Shown one piece after another: positions 63,474-64,000 of a stretch of 64,000 bases of DNA; the first letter of the stretch is position 1, and every line of letters begins with the position of its first letter. The notes under the pieces are model-generated. The model saw only the letters and a program-made list of their open reading frames with translations, searched no databases and was not told the DNA's origin. The translations under genes were made by a program, and so were the position numbers. The stretch comes from a virus: IMG/VR virus record IMGVR_UViG_3300030061_003170. One strand, given 5' to 3'.

Positions 63474-63481
63474 TAAATAGT
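63474..63481 (-). promoter_or_regulatory. putative late promoter ACTATTTA
   Basis: 33 nt upstream of the sheath start. Confidence 0.6.
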
Positions 63482-63502
63482 TTCTTCAACTACGAAACGC
63501 AT

Positions 63503-64000
63503 CTACGGCCTATACTTTCCATCATCTTTGGCCCACGGTCTTGTATCCCCAACAATGACCCTTTCCCTTGTAATTCTAACTTCGACTTGGTTTTCTCTTC
63601 TCGTTATCTTTGGACGGTCTCTGTTTGGACCTTCAGCCAAAAGATACCCAAGTACTTTTATGTTAATTGTTGATTCAAAAACTCGTTCTTCGGAACCTAA
63701 GTCGGTAACATTATTTATATTGTAATTATCTTCTATAAAGGCCTCATAACGATGACCGTCATACTCAGCAAGAAAACTATTTTTAGTATCAAAAACAAAA
63801 CCAGGAAGTATCTCGTTCATCTGCTGTTGATACTCTGTTTTTACCTTAATATCATACATGCACGTAACGTATGTTGGAACAGGAACTGTAATGGTTTCAT
63901 AAACAATTTTTGAATTATCAGTCCTTCCAGTCTCATCACCACGACTTTTTGACTTTCTTAGACGATCAGCATTGGCAAAGTTTCTCGTTTTGTCCTGCTT
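63503..64000 (-). CDS. gp15-like tail terminator/sheath stabiliser, 5'-truncated by the window
   Basis: frame open to the window end; VPVPTYVTCMYDI.V.T.Y..QMNEI...GYL; immediately upstream of the sheath. Confidence 0.7.
   Translation of the reverse strand, partial: KQDKTRNFANADRLRKSKSRGDETGRTDNSKIVYETITVPVPTYVTCMYDIKVKTEYQQQMNEILPGFVFDTKNSFLAEYDGHRYEAFIEDNYNINNVTDLGSEERVFESTINIKVLGYLLAEGPNRDRPKITRRENQVEVRITRERVIVGDTRPWAKDDGKYRP

Noticed and set aside
1352-63725. Plus-strand ORFs in the ORF track (e.g. 55640-56314, 35059-35535, 22574-23005)
   Set aside because: They are antisense shadows of well-supported minus-strand genes, with no SD or recognisable motifs.
1-64000. tRNA/rRNA genes and stop-codon reassignment
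   Set aside because: No cloverleaf with a T-loop consensus was recognised in the short intergenic gaps; genes are full length under the standard code with TAA, TAG and TGA all used as stops.

Overview
This is a 64-kb internal segment of a large contractile-tailed (T4-superfamily-like) bacteriophage genome, with essentially every real gene on the minus strand. The right end (about 49.5-64 kb) holds tail genes: terminator, sheath, two tube proteins, baseplate chaperone, tape measure and hub. The middle (about 14-49 kb) holds replication and nucleotide genes (DnaE, mini-PolA, helicase, RecA/UvsX, SSB, 5'-3' exonuclease, NrdJ, ThyX, dUTPase, GuaC, a cytosine-deaminase-like enzyme, UvsE). It also holds a proteostasis set (GroEL, GroES, ClpP, J-domain protein, trypsin-like protease), a tubulin/FtsZ-like protein, lysis genes, and envelope proteins including one with a MYXO-CTERM-like tail, which suggests a Myxococcota host. 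The most unusual part is the left end (about 3.9-13.4 kb). It is a tandem array of about 31 small (mostly 50-80 aa) paralogous KOW/SH3-like genes, many of them missed by the ORF track. They have hypervariable middles and are joined by a conserved ~30-bp repeat (minus strand TGGAGGTAATATGCAAGTAGGTGATTTAGT). This repeat encodes the C-terminus of one gene (LEVICK*) and, at the same time, the Shine-Dalgarno, start and N-terminus of the next (MQVGDLV). A repeated sigma70-type promoter module punctuates the array. The architecture resembles a shufflable protein-coding cassette array. All annotations come from motif recognition by eye; no database searches were run.
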